Of a DNA stretch of 64,000 bases, positions 38,601 to 50,221 are shown piece by piece. The DNA is taken from the NCBI RefSeq assembly GCF_963921235.1, contig NC_086097.1, positions 196,232,001 through 196,296,000 of the forward strand, given 5' to 3'. The DNA is from Mobula hypostoma (Eukaryota). Made by a program: the position numbers and the translations under genes. The notes below the pieces were generated by a model. The model made no database searches. It had not been told where the DNA came from and was given only the letters and a program-made list of their open reading frames with translations. Numbering within the stretch: position 1 is the stretch's first letter; each line of letters starts with the position of its first letter.

Positions 38601-40529
38601 GGACATTTTGAGGTACTGGAGGGAACAGTTGGTGGAACCATGAAAGAGGTTTACCGGCTGCCCAGGGGGAAGGATGTTATTGATTATGGCCGACGCGAAC
38701 TGAGACGGTCACAGGCTTTTGATATGCTAACAAACCTAGTCGGTGTTATCGTGGAAATCAATGAAGCTAGAGGCCCCCCGATAAGAGAAAAAAACTATTT
38801 TGAAAAGATGAGTATGGTATCGACCAGATGGGAGAAGGGTATTGTTTTGGCCAGGTCTGCTGATAAGGTCTCTCCCTTAATCCCCGAACAAAGCGACTCT
38901 TTAGGAGAAGTAATTAAACGACTCGCACCTGTGTGTTTGATTGTCCCGAGGTGATGCAAAGAACTGGGACGTTGGGTGGTGTCTGTTACAATAGGTTAGC
39001 CTAGTAAGCAACATCTATATAGAATGAGTAATTCCGTGACTAAATGGCTGACGAACACAGAGGTGTGTATTGGCAATTTAATACAGCTGTCTGAAGCCAG
39101 CTTGATAGTGAACCTTGAAAAAAATGAGTTCGGCCACACGAAGGTCACTTACCTGGGAATTGTGGTGACACAGGGGCAGCTGGCAGTGATGCAAGTTACA
39201 GTGCAGGCTATCGCTGACCTCCCAACCCCGACAGACAAGAGGGCCTCAGAAGGCTCTTGGAGAAGGTGGGGTACTGTAGGAAGTTTTGCAATAACTCTGT
39301 GGTCACTACCCCTCCCCCTCCTACTAAGCCCTTGCGAGAGAAAACTAAGTCGGAATGGGACGACCCTTGTTATTGTGGTCCGGGACAAAACCAAAAGAGA
39401 GGTTACATTGATCGCAATTCATCAGTGTTTTTGGCCACTATGAAGTTTGCTAAGTTGGAGCCTGGTCTAAGGGATTATTAATAACACATATAAAAGGGAC
39501 GGAAAATGTGATTGCTGACTGTCTGTCAAGGTGTTGACAACTTCAAACTCGCTGTGTCAACCAAATAGCTGATAAAGATGTATATTTGTGCGTGTATCAA
39601 ATAATGTATTCATGTTTGTAATTTTTACCCCGGTAAAAATCCTTAAAGGGGGGAAGTGTGACAAGAATACACATAGATAAGATGTTAGCTGGCCTGTGTG
39701 ATCAGCAGTTGGTCTGCCACCTGTCTTCGGGAGAGAGAGAGAGATAAGGAAGACAATGGAGCAGCATTTGGAGATGTGTAATGAAGGGACGGGAGAGAGA
39801 GCTGTCTGGAGCGGCTCCCCCTTTGAACCCTGAACTGCTTGAAGTGATGAACATGTGATACCCCAGCAGGGGGATAAAAAGGGACAGGTTCGCTAAGGCA
39901 GGACACACACGACACCACGAGGTAACGAGACCCTGGAAGCGGTGCCCCCCCCCGCCCGCAAGTCGGCGGGAGTCGTTTGGAAGGCTGGTTGCGGAACCAA
40001 GCCTTAGACGCACAGGGTGGAAAGGTACGATCAGCGGGAACCCGGTGTGTGTCCACCCTTGCTTGGGTGCCAGGTTCACTGCAGAGGATCGACCGCATCT
40101 GGAGGAGGGGTCACAGTCGGTGACCTCAGGTGACATTTCAAAGGACTCGCCTGAAAGCTGCTTGTGAGCAATATCACAGGTCTGTGAGTGGAAGCCATTT
40201 CGAATGATCATTCGTTCTTGTTCTCTCTCCTTCCCCCACATTGTCCATCGCCACGGCAACGATTACTGCGAACTGAACTAAATTGGACTGAACTTTGCGT
40301 CACTTTGAAATTGGTCATTTACCCCAGACAACGATAGAGTTTGATTGATCCTGTTATCTTAATTCGGTGTACATGTGTGTTTATCATTACTGAACTGTTG
40401 CATTTATTATCCTTTCGATTACTGTGTTGCTCGTTTCTTTAATAAAACTTTCTTAGTTCTAGTAATCCAGACTCCAACTGAGTGATCCATTTCTGCTGGT
40501 TTGGCAACCCAGTTACAGGGTACGTAACA
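35620..40529 (+). mobile_element. Gmr1-like (SCAN-gag) Gypsy LTR retrotransposon ('element B'), pol internally deleted
   Basis: LTRs at 35620-36497 and 39657-40529 (tgtgacaag…gtaaca); PBS tggggttctcgtccgcgat 36502-36520 (tRNA-Pro-like); PPT aaaggggggaag 39645-39656; flanks gcga/gcgg (4-bp TSD, 1 mismatch). Confidence 0.95.
36597..38954 (+). CDS. Gag-protease polyprotein of element B (785 aa: SCAN-like capsid, CCHC knuckle, aspartic protease, integrase N-terminal remnant)
   Basis: LKGKAQQAYSAL and LILIEQFKGCVP (SCAN-like), CYNCGKFRHFASRC (CX2CX4HX4C), IWRDTGACQSLI (protease); ORF starts ~75 nt after the PBS. Confidence 0.85.
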   Translation: MEAEEFIKAPTLEALEDARKSELVAVAKRLNLAKGKSTMRTEEIHRAIVEHYVSKGVFPQGELEVVSIEKPARDAVQVQLEKLRLEHEFQVQQLEREEKERDRQLEREEKERERDSCSERRNRGKGNFQLEKLRIRAEQGLMPNQGGGFRVTQEVRLVPPFDDTDVDRYILHFEKVAASQDWPRDKWAVLLQSVLKGKAQQAYSALSAEDAQKYEVVKEAILRIYELVLEAYRQRFRNARKQWDRRYLEFAREMQTYCERWCASKGVEGDYDRLLQLILIEQFKGCVPEGMRPYLNEKEAATLAATAKLADEYALTHKMKFAPSKGYQKGSQDGGESPPEKTESKPGTSEKDKVDREQSGRKSPGIVCYNCGKFRHFASRCFAPKKETGKGKTAILTGCIELVHEPLGKDRSAKLQEGREKFISAGLVSVKEGLKPVPVRIWRDTGACQSLILKSVLEFSSETQTGEVKVKGVGEGTESVPLHQIHLQSNLVSGLVTIGVRSELPMKGVEVLLGNDIAGGIVFPVVRLTGQPASIEALPMDSQVHHGTAVVNLAETFLPVFYGKGVESEKKGCSEARGSEGAGTDVAVARKEFVQTRERDEGLMVSAETALSDTDLTRELVGYCVGEEVLRKQGRPSTVPADEEWGVVQKVMGMRFLTWPTRYPPPPGGHFEVLEGTVGGTMKEVYRLPRGKDVIDYGRRELRRSQAFDMLTNLVGVIVEINEARGPPIREKNYFEKMSMVSTRWEKGIVLARSADKVSPLIPEQSDSLGEVIKRLAPVCLIVPR

Positions 40530-41765
40530 GCGGTCATCCACATACGCCAAAACTCCACACAACTTCACTTCCCCCATGGTCTTCCTCATGCCCCGCAGGA
40601 AGGATGCAGGGGCTCTGGACATGCCCTTGGGCATCTTTTCGGATCGGAAGAATCTTAGGGAACTACAGCCGCACTCCTCAGGATCTGGCAACATCCACTC
40701 CTCAGATCCAGCACATTAAGCCACGTCGCACAATCCATACACACGCCGCCTCCATCTTCCACGCCGCTAGGTTCCAATTGCACCTCTCTCTCACTGAGTT
40801 GTCTTCAGCGGTCAACTCCCCTCCCTCGTGGTAGTTCAGAGCATCTACTAAGAGGGTCTCACCCTCAGCTACTTTCCCCAGGCCGTACCACCGCCGGGTC
40901 TCGTTTAAATTCGGTACCGGCTCAAGGCTGCAACACACGTCCTCAGAAGCAACTCGACACGCTGGGTGCCCAGACAATGCCCCCATGAACTCTAGGGTCA
41001 TTAACCAATCATCGTCTTCTGGATAACTACTGGCACCGGTACCCAAAATCTCCGGTGCCCTTGCGGTTGTCAAGGGTAAATGCTTCAGACACCGGTTGTA
41101 AAACGAACCGTACAACAACTTGACCTGCGCCCCGGGGTCGAGTATGACTTTAGCATCGCTTCCCTCTATCCATAACAACACCCTGGGGCGTGGTCCCTCT
41201 AAGCCTTCAGGAATAGGATCTTTTCCTTTCGGAAGTTCATTGGTACATTGCTGGGAACGTGCTTCCCCAGAGACCCCAAGCTGTTCCCCTACTGGGCCTC
41301 CGCTATGTTTCCCGACACCTCTCTGATCAGCTGAACAACTGAAGGAGGGGCTGATCCCCTGAAATGATCCCCCGAAATGATCCCCCGGCACTGCAAGCAA
41401 TTTAGCCGCCCTCCTAGCCAGAGAAGACACACTGAAAATTTCCCCCGTTTTAAATAACTGACAGCTGTCACTATGGGGGTGTAAGTGAACCTGACAGCTC
41501 TAACACCATCACCAGCCCGCCTACTTAAACTTTCAACCAATCCCTGTCGCTCTCCCTCAACTGAGCACTGCCACTCATCTAACAACTGAGAGATCCGCTC
41601 CGCCCACATCTCACACGCCTCCGCCCTTCTTGGGATGGATACTATCCCAAGCGCCAGGCGGAGCCTGCCAGAGCTAGAACATTTATTCGCAGACCCTACC
41701 TCCAAATCAGACCACTCTTTCCTCTCTCTCCCAACCGTATGGACAGCCCCGAGTGCCACCTCCAA
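40530..41765 (-). pseudogene. Degenerate gag (PNMA-like)/protease/RT of element A
   Basis: WAERISQLLDEWQCS…RQGLVESL (PNMA-type capsid), VILDPGAQV (decayed D-S/T-G), MPKGMSRAPASFLR…LAYVDD (RT). Confidence 0.75.
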
Positions 41766-41783
41766 CTCGTCAATGCCAGCCTA

Positions 41784-44700
41784 AACCATAGAACCATAGA
41801 ACCATGGAAACTACAGCACAGAAACAGGCCTTTTGGCCCTTCTTGGCTGTGCCGAACCATTTTCTGCCTAGTCCCACTGACCTGCACACGGACCATATCC
41901 CTCCATACACCTCCCATCCACGTATCTGTCCAATTTATTCTTAAATGTTAAAAAAGAACCCGCATTTACCACCTCGTCTGGCAGCTCATTCCATACTCCC
42001 ACCACTCTGTGTGAAGAAGCCCCTTCCAATGTTCCCTTTAAACTTTTCCCCCCTCACCCTTAACCCATGTCCTCTTGTTTTTTTCTCCCCTTGCCTCAGT
42101 GGAAAAAGCCTGCTTGCATTCACTCTATCTATACCCATCATAATTTTATATACCTCTTTATCAAATCTCCCCTCATTCTTCTACGCTCCAGGGAATAAAG
42201 TCCTAACCTATTCAACCTTTCTCTGTAACTGAGTTTCTCAAGTCCCGGCAACATCCTTGTAACCTTCTCTGCACTCTTTCAACCTTATTTATATCCTTCC
42301 TGTAATTTGGTGACCAAAACTGAACACAATACTCCAGATTCGGCCCCACCAATGCCTTATACAACCTCATCATAACATTCCAGCTCTTATACTCAATACT
42401 TAGATTAATAAAGGCCAATGTACCAAATGCTCTCTTTACAACCCTATCTACCTGTGACGACACTTTTGGGGAATTTTGTATCTGTATTCCCAGATCCCTC
42501 TGTTCCACTGCACTCCTCAGTGCCTTACCATTAACCCTGTATGTTCTACCTTGGTTTGTCCTTCCAACGTGCAATACCTCTCACTTGTCAGTATTAAACT
42601 CCATCTGCCATTTTTCAGCCCATTTTTCCAGATGGTCCAAGTCCCTCTGCAGGCTCTGAAAACCTTCCTCACTGTCTACTACACCTCCAATCTTTGTATC
42701 ATCAGCAAACTTGCTGATCCAATTTACCACATTATCATCCAGATTATTGATATAGATGACAAATAACAATGGACCCAGCACTGATCCCTGTGGCACACCA
42801 CTAGTCACAGGCCTCCACTCAGAGAAGCAATTCTCTACCACCACTGTCTGGCTTCTTCCATCGAGCCAATGTCTAATCCAATTTACCACCTCTCCATGTA
42901 TACCTAGCGACTGAATTTTCCTAACTAACCTCCCATGCGGGACCTTGTCAAAGGCCTTACTGAAGTCCATGTAGACAATATCCACTGCCTTCCCTTCATC
43001 CACTTTCCTGGTAACCTTCTCGAAAAACTCCAATAGATTGGTCAAACATGACCTACCACGCACAAAGCCATGTTGACTCTCCCTAATAAGCCCCTGTCTA
43101 TCCAAATGCTTGTAGATTCTGTCTCTTTGTACTCCCTCCAATAACTTACCTACTACTGACGTTAAACTCACTGGCCTATAATTTTCCGGATTACTTTTCA
43201 ATCCTTTTTTAAACAATGGAACAACATGAGCCACTCTCCAATCCTCCGGCACATCACCCGTAGACAGCGACATTTTAAATATTTCTGCCAGGGCCCCCGC
43301 AATTTCAACACTAGTCTCCTTCAAGGTCCGAGGGAACACTCTGTCAGGTCCCGGAGATTTATCCACTTTAGTTTTCCTCAAGACAGCAAGCACCTCCTCC
43401 TTTTTAATCTGTACAGTTTCCATGGTCTCACTACTTGATTTCCTCAATTCCATAGATTTCATGCCAGCTTTCTCAGCAAATACAGACGCAAAAAACCCAT
43501 TTAAGATCTCCCTCATTTCCTTTGGTTCCGCACAAAGCCGACCACTCTGATCTTCAAGAGGACCAATTTTATCCCTTACAATCCTTTTGCTCTTAATATA
43601 CTTGTAAAAGCTCTTTGGATTATCCTTCACTTTTGACTGCCAAGGCAACCTCATGTCTTCTTTTAGCCCTCCTGATTTCTTTCTTAAGTATTTTCTTGCA
43701 CTTCTTATACTCCTCAAGCACCTGATTTACCCCCTGTTTCCTATACATTTCATACAACTCCCTCTTCTTCTTTATCAGAGTTGCAATATCCCTTGAGAAC
43801 CAAGGTTCCTTATTCCTATTCAATTTGCCTTAAATCCTGACAGGAACATACAAACTCTGCACTCTCAAAATTTCCCCTTTGAAGGCTTCCCACCTACCAT
43901 TCACATCTTTGCCAGAGAACAACCTGTCCCAATCCACACTTTTTAGATCCTTTCTCATTTCTTCAAATTTGGCCTTCTTCCAGTTCAGAACCTCAACCCC
44001 AGGACCAGATCTATCCTTGTCCATGATCAAATTGAAACTAATGGTGTTATGATCACTGGAACCAAAGTGCTCCCCTACACAGACTTCCGTCACTTGCCCT
44101 AATTCGTTACCTAACAGGAGATCCAATATTGCATCCCCTCTAGTTGGTCCCTCTATATATTGGTTTAGAAAACTTTCCTAAACACATTTTACAAACTCTA
44201 AACCATCTAGACCCCTAACAGTATGGGAGTCCCAATCAATGTATGGAAAATTAAAATCCCCTACCACCACAACTTTATGTTTCCTACAGTTGTCTGCTAT
44301 CTCTCTGCAGATTTGCTCTTCCAAGTCTCGTTGACTATTGGGTGGTCTGTAATACAATCCCACTAATGTGGCCATACCTTTCCTGTTTCTCAGCTCCACC
44401 CATAAGGACTCAGTAGACAAGCCCTCTAATCTGTCCTGCCTGAGCACTGCTGTAATATTTTCCCTAACAAGCAATGCTACTCCCCCACCTTTCATTCCTC
44501 TGTCTCAATCACATCTGAAGCATCGGAACCCTGGAATATTAAGCTGCCAGTCCTGCCCCTCCTGCAGCCAAGTTTCACTAATTGCTACAACATCATAATT
44601 CCACGTGTCAATCCATCCCCTCAACTCATCCACCTTCCCCGCAATACTCCTAGCATTGAAATATATACACCTCAGAATATTTTTACCACCACTCACAACC

Positions 44701-46198
44701 TTTCTATCAGCGGATTTGCTTAAACTTTCAACATCATTTATTTTCACCCCAGCCACACTGTCAGCTCTGGCACTCTGGTTCCCATCCCCCTGCAAATCTA
44801 GTTTAAAGCCTCCCCAATAGCACTAACAAACCTCCTTGAAAGGATATTGGTCCCCCTGTGGTTCAAGTGTAACCCGTCTCTCTTGTACAGGTCCCACCTG
44901 CCCCAGAAGAGGTCCCAATGATCCTGAAATCTGAAACCCTGCCCCCTACACCAGTTCCTCAGCCACTTATTCCTCCTCCAGAGCATCCTATTCTTACCCT
45001 CACTGGCACTTAGCACAGGTAGCAATCCTGAGATTACCACCTTTGAGGTCCTGCTTTTCAACTTCCTACCAAGCTCTCTATACTCACTGTCCAGGACCTC
45101 TTCACTCTTCCTTGCTATGTCATTGGTACCGATGTGCACCACGACATCTGGCTGGTCACCCTCCCACTTCAGAATGTCATGCAATCGATCAGAGACATCC
45201 TTGACCCTGGCACCTGGGAGGCAACAAACCATCCTGGATTCTCTGTCACGACCACAGAACCTTCTATCTGCACCTCTAACTATCGAGTCCCCTATCACTA
45301 CTGCTCTCCTCTTTTCCCCCCTCCCTTCTGCACTGCAGAGCCAGACTCAGTGCCAGAGATCCGGCTACTGCAGCTAGTCCCAGGTAAGTCATCCCCCCAA
45401 CAGTATCCAATATGGTATACTTGTTGTTGAGATGAATGGCCACAGGGGAACCCTGCTCTGCCTGCCCTTTCCTCTTCCCTCGCCTGATAGTGACCCAATT
45501 TCCTGTCCTCTGCTCCTTTGGCGTAACTACCTCCCTGTAACTACGATCTATAATCTCCTCATTCTTCCGAATGATCCGCAGGTCATCCAGCTCCTGCTCC
45601 AGTTCCCTAACGCGGTTTGTCAGGAGCTGCAGCTGGATGCACTTCTTGCAGGTGTCATTGTCAGGGACACCGGAGGGCTCCCTGACTTCCCACATCCTGC
45701 AAGAGGAGCATTCCAACATCCTGCCTGGCATTCTCTCTACTCTAAAGAATCTGAACAAAAAACTTACCAGAACCTACCCTGGCCTCTGCCTGCTCTCGCT
45801 GAAGCCTGTTTGAGCCAAAGCCACCCCACTCTGACTCAGTCCACTCCGACGATGGCCGCTACAACGATGGCCGCTGTATATGGTGGTCTGCTTTTTAAAT
45901 CTTGGCGCGCTACGTCACGCGCCTGCGCAGTGCAGACCCTTCTCCCTGAGCAGTGTTTAAAAAAAACGACTTTTTCTACCCGATTTCTTCACTCCTTCTC
46001 AGCTGCTTGCTTCGACTGAAACAAGAACCGTTGAAAATTTCTCTTTTTAAACCTTGGCGCGCTACGTCACGCACCTGCGCAGTGCAGACCCTTCTCCCCG
46101 AGCAGTATTTAAAAAAAAAGACTTTTCCTACCCGATTTTTTCACTCCTTCTCAGCTGCTTGCTTCGACTGAAACAAGAACCGTTGAAAATTTCTCTTT
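41784..46198 (-). mobile_element. Near full-length CR1 LINE with frameshifts
   Basis: ORF1 Zn-finger/coiled coil (CSSC…CKKC) plus SGNH esterase (IGDSIVR, HIGTND, DGLHLN); ORF2 APE endonuclease (YFNARSI, ISETWL, GDFN, SDHN) and RT (VPQGSVLGP, FADDTK); 3' (ttctatgg)n tail at 41784-41807. Confidence 0.95.
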
Positions 46199-46314
46199 CT
46201 TTCTTCGAACAAAGACCACACCCACAACGCATACAGCAATCACCAGCAAATAACCCACAGAGACACACATTACAGATTTAAACAGGGCACCCACACAGCA
46301 TACCAGTAGACCCA

Positions 46315-46332
46315 ATCCCAGACGAGCCCCCA
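46315..46332 (-). promoter_or_regulatory. Primer-binding site (tRNA-Pro) of element A
   Basis: tgggggctcgtctgggat vs canonical tgggggctcgtccgggat, 3 nt from the 5' LTR end. Confidence 0.9.
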
Positions 46333-47559
46333 CAATGTAGCCCCCCGTCCACCCTCAGGGTCGCTCAGCTCTCTGTTGTCTAAGGAAACAGCCTCAGCCC
46401 CGCCAAACTGGGTAATTAGTTTGTGTAGATGCTGTGTGATGTAGCCCACCCCGCCCAAATAACAGACAATACACCAGATACAATTAAATGATTTACAGTT
46501 GATAGATATTACTGGAACTAATTAATTAATAGAGAATAAAATATAAAAGGAAAATAAAAGGCGCCACACTTATCAAAGTTCAATCTCTTTGTGCACAAAA
46601 CAGTTGGAGCTCAAGAACCTTCTTCTTCACCTTGTGACCCCTCGGACCACCTCGACTGGCCACCTGGGACCAACAACGGTGGTTGACCAGATGCTCCACA
46701 CGAGTCCGCATCCGTCTCCTCGCCGAACGCCCTCTTCGGGGTCCAACCCTGTTAGCGGACATCACAGCACCTGGTCCATTATCTGTCTCTCTCTCCCGCC
46801 TTCCACCTCAAAACCCTGTGCATACAAATCTTCCAGATACACCAAAGTCATAACAACTATCCCAATTGGTTCATAACATCCTCTTATCACCCCTTAACCC
46901 ACAACAAGCTGCTAGCGCAAAGCTTTCTCAATGTTTAACATAACAAAGAAGCATTCCCGATTATAACATAACAAAGAAGCCATTTTAATTAGCCTCTGCA
47001 GTAACATAAAAGACGAAACCCCCTTACATTTATTTGTGTATTTATTTTTATGTAGACATACAGCACAGAACAGGCCCTTCCAGTTCAATGAGCTTGTGCT
47101 GCCTAATTACACTCATGTGACCAATAACCTATTAACCACTGTATCTCTGACCGAACCAGAATCAGGTTTATTATCACTGACAGTGTTGTGTAATTTGTTG
47201 TTTTGTGGCAGCAGTACAATGGAAAACATTTAAAAATTACTCTAAATTACATAAATAAGTAAATATAAATAAATCATGCGGAAGGGGATTACTGAGGTAG
47301 TATTCATGGACTGTTCAAAAATCTGATGGCAGAGGGGAAGAAACTACTCCCAAAATATTGACTGTGGGTTTCAGGCTCCTCTACATCCTCCCCAATGGTA
47401 GTAATGAGAAGAGGTCATGTTCTTGATTGTGAAGGCCCTTAATGGTGTGTGCTTCACTGGATGTCATCCTCTTAAGGCACCTCTTGGAGGATTTCCTTGA
47501 GGGTGGTGAGGGTTGTGCCCCTGATGGAATGACTGAGTCTACAACCCTCCACGGTCTCT

Positions 47560-47698
47560 TTCGATCCTACATATTGGAGTCTCTATACCAGGCAGTGAGT
47601 ACAAGGTTGTTCGATCCTGCACATTGGAGTCTCTATACCGGGCAGTGAGTACAAGGTTATTCGATCCTGCACATTGGAGTCTCTATACCAGGCAGTGT
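47560..47698. repeat. 50-bp tandem repeat (~2.8 copies) inside a LINE remnant
   Basis: ttcgatcct recurs at 47560, 47610 and 47660. Confidence 0.9.
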
Positions 47699-47954
47699 TG
47701 TTGTGGTCACACTACTCAACCAGCCAAATTCTCTCAGTCCTGTATATCTTCTCCTCACCAGCTGAGATTCTGCCAGCACAGTGGCATTATCAGCAAACAT
47801 ATAGATGCTGTCTTATACATGGACAATTTATGATTCTTATGTCTTGTCTAAGTTACTTCCTGGGCTATCTCCAATAAAATTATTTGATAGTCCAACTGTC
47901 AATGCAGCATTAGGTGTTAAATATGGGTTTGAATATAGAGTATTTTAACTTTAA

Positions 47955-48483
47955 ATGTGAAATACCCTTAGAGAGTAAGACCATATATTTTGGGTATATA
48001 CCTCAAGAATGGTTGAAAAGAGATAAATATTTAATGAATGTACTGCTGGTGGCTGGTAAAAAGACCCTTACCCAGGAAATGGTTATCACAGGAGAGCCCA
48101 ACTTTAAATGTATGGATGGAAATTACAATGGACATTTACAAAATGGAGAAGATAACAGGATCTGTTAATTATAAGTTGGAACAACTTTATTCATACTGGA
48201 AAAAATGTTTTAACTACATAACACCTCATAGGCCTGATTTTATTCTCACAAGTCAATGAATATGTTGTGAAAAAAAAGATCACTCCCTACTCTGTACATA
48301 GTTTTCTTCTTTTGATTGTTCTTTCTTTCCTGTCCTTTCTATAAGTGTATACCTCAGATAAATATTATGTGGAGATCTGTGACAAATATCATTATATGAT
48401 ATATATGTACAGTATCTGAAATGCATCTTATGGAAATGTTTGTTTGATGATCAAATTCCATAAAAATAAATTACAAAAAAAAG
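47955..48483 (+). mobile_element. L1/Tx1-clade LINE 3' fragment
   Basis: ORF2 C-terminus-like LLVAGKK…RKWLSQESPTLNVWMEI…MEKIT…W, then AATAAA and an oligo-A tail. Confidence 0.7.
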
Positions 48484-50221
48484 AAAGAATTTAGTGTATT
48501 TTACCGCAATGTTTTTCCTATCCTCAACTGAATTTTCAGGTTCATATCCATACTGGCAATGTAGCCAGTTCAAAAGAGACTCGTTACTCAACAATTCATG
48601 ACCTCTGACCTGCAAAACACATTGAAGTTTCCTGATGTGATGTCATGAATAGGGTGAAGGGAAGTATAACTAAGCCATAATTTGAATTAAACCAAAGGAC
48701 ATCAGCACCTTGTATTATGGCCTCCTGAGCCACAGCTGCATGGTACTACTACTTAGCCTTTCATTTTAAAATTTTAAACACTCATTCATTAATCATTAAC
48801 CTGGTATGTAACATGAATGAATTGTTCAGAGGATTGTTGGTATACTTGAATATTAATCTACCTGATACCAGTGCAAATTGGATCCTTATTTTTGGATGTG
48901 GTGCTGCCTACTTATGTATTTATTTACACTTCATATCAAGGGTAAGCTGGTTTATTCTCATTATTTAAAAGTTTTATGTAATATTCAGGTGCTTTATGAA
49001 TTAGGTATTTCTTGATCGTGATTTATATTCTACACAATGCAAATTTTAAAAAAAATTATTTATAAATTCTTATGAAATAAATTCAATAGTGAATTACTAT
49101 GCCTCAATGGTAACGTTAGAATATTTTAATTAGCATATGATCTGATACAAGTATAGATTAAAATTTTTAACATATTCTTTAAAATGTTTTCATGTTTAGT
49201 AATTAAATGAACCACACAGTCAAGCTCCTCAAATTAGCTACTTGCAAAAGCACCTCTGTTACAAAACAATAACCGACTAAGAGCCAAAGGTTCAAAGGTT
49301 TATTACATATCAAAGTATGTATCCATATAACTATATACAATTTTGAATTTGTTTTCTCCAGATAGCCACAAAATAAAGAAAGAACATGAAAGTCGTTCAG
49401 AGAGAAACACCAACCCAACCCCTGCACAAAAACACAGCATCCTGATTATCAAGCCCCCAAACCCCTCTCCTCCTCACAAAATGGAACCGAAACATTGACC
49501 CCAAAAAAAGCCCCTCCCTGCACAAAAAAAACTAACAGAACACAACATCAACCCCCAAACCCCCTCCCCTCACACAACAAGACGGAAAAGAAATGGGCGA
49601 TAAAACACAGAATATAAAAACTGTAAGTCTGAAAAACTCCACAGTCCATAAATGCAAAAATGCAATCCATAAACACAGAACCACGATACCATCCTATGAT
49701 ATCACCGACATTCATCGAAAGGGAGGGACACCACATGAGTCAGAAAGGCCTGCTTGCCTGCCACAGCAATAGGCCGCTCACAGATTCTTTCTCGGGCAGT
49801 GATCAAAAGGAAGGCAGTCGGCACTGAACTCTCATTCACCTTCCACGTTTGCCTTGATGGCTCAATCAAAGGTTAAAGGAGATGTTTATTATCTAATTTA
49901 TCCCAAATTAATTGTGGGTATTGCCATTCTTTAGTTTATTTGAAAGGTTGATAACTATGATGCCATAATGGGATGGTGGTGAAATGATTACCTGTGAGGT
50001 TATAATGAGTTAGAGTATATGACACAGCATTTAATCACATGATGAGAATCTTGAATGGATTATATTTTTCAAATTTGTAAGGGTAGTAATATTTTTTATG
50101 AACATGTGGAGACAGTCTGAACAGACCATAAGAACATAAGACATAAGAGCAGATTTAGGCCTGTCTGCTCTGCCATTCCATCGTGACTGACTTTTATCCC
50201 TATTGTTAGTGTCATAAAGAA

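Larger units (their letters stand above)
33494..47028 (-). mobile_element. Non-autonomous Gypsy LTR retrotransposon ('element A') carrying a myosin fragment and two nested insertions
   Basis: LTRs at 33494-34187 and 46336-47028 (TG…CA); TSD TTTA (33490-33493 / 47029-47032); PBS tgggggctcgtctgggat on the - strand (46315-46332); PPT ggtggggggagag next to 34187. Confidence 0.95.

Noticed and set aside
36597..38954. Domesticated SCAN-domain gene
   Set aside because: It is flanked by near-identical LTRs, a PBS and a PPT, so it is the element's own gag-protease.
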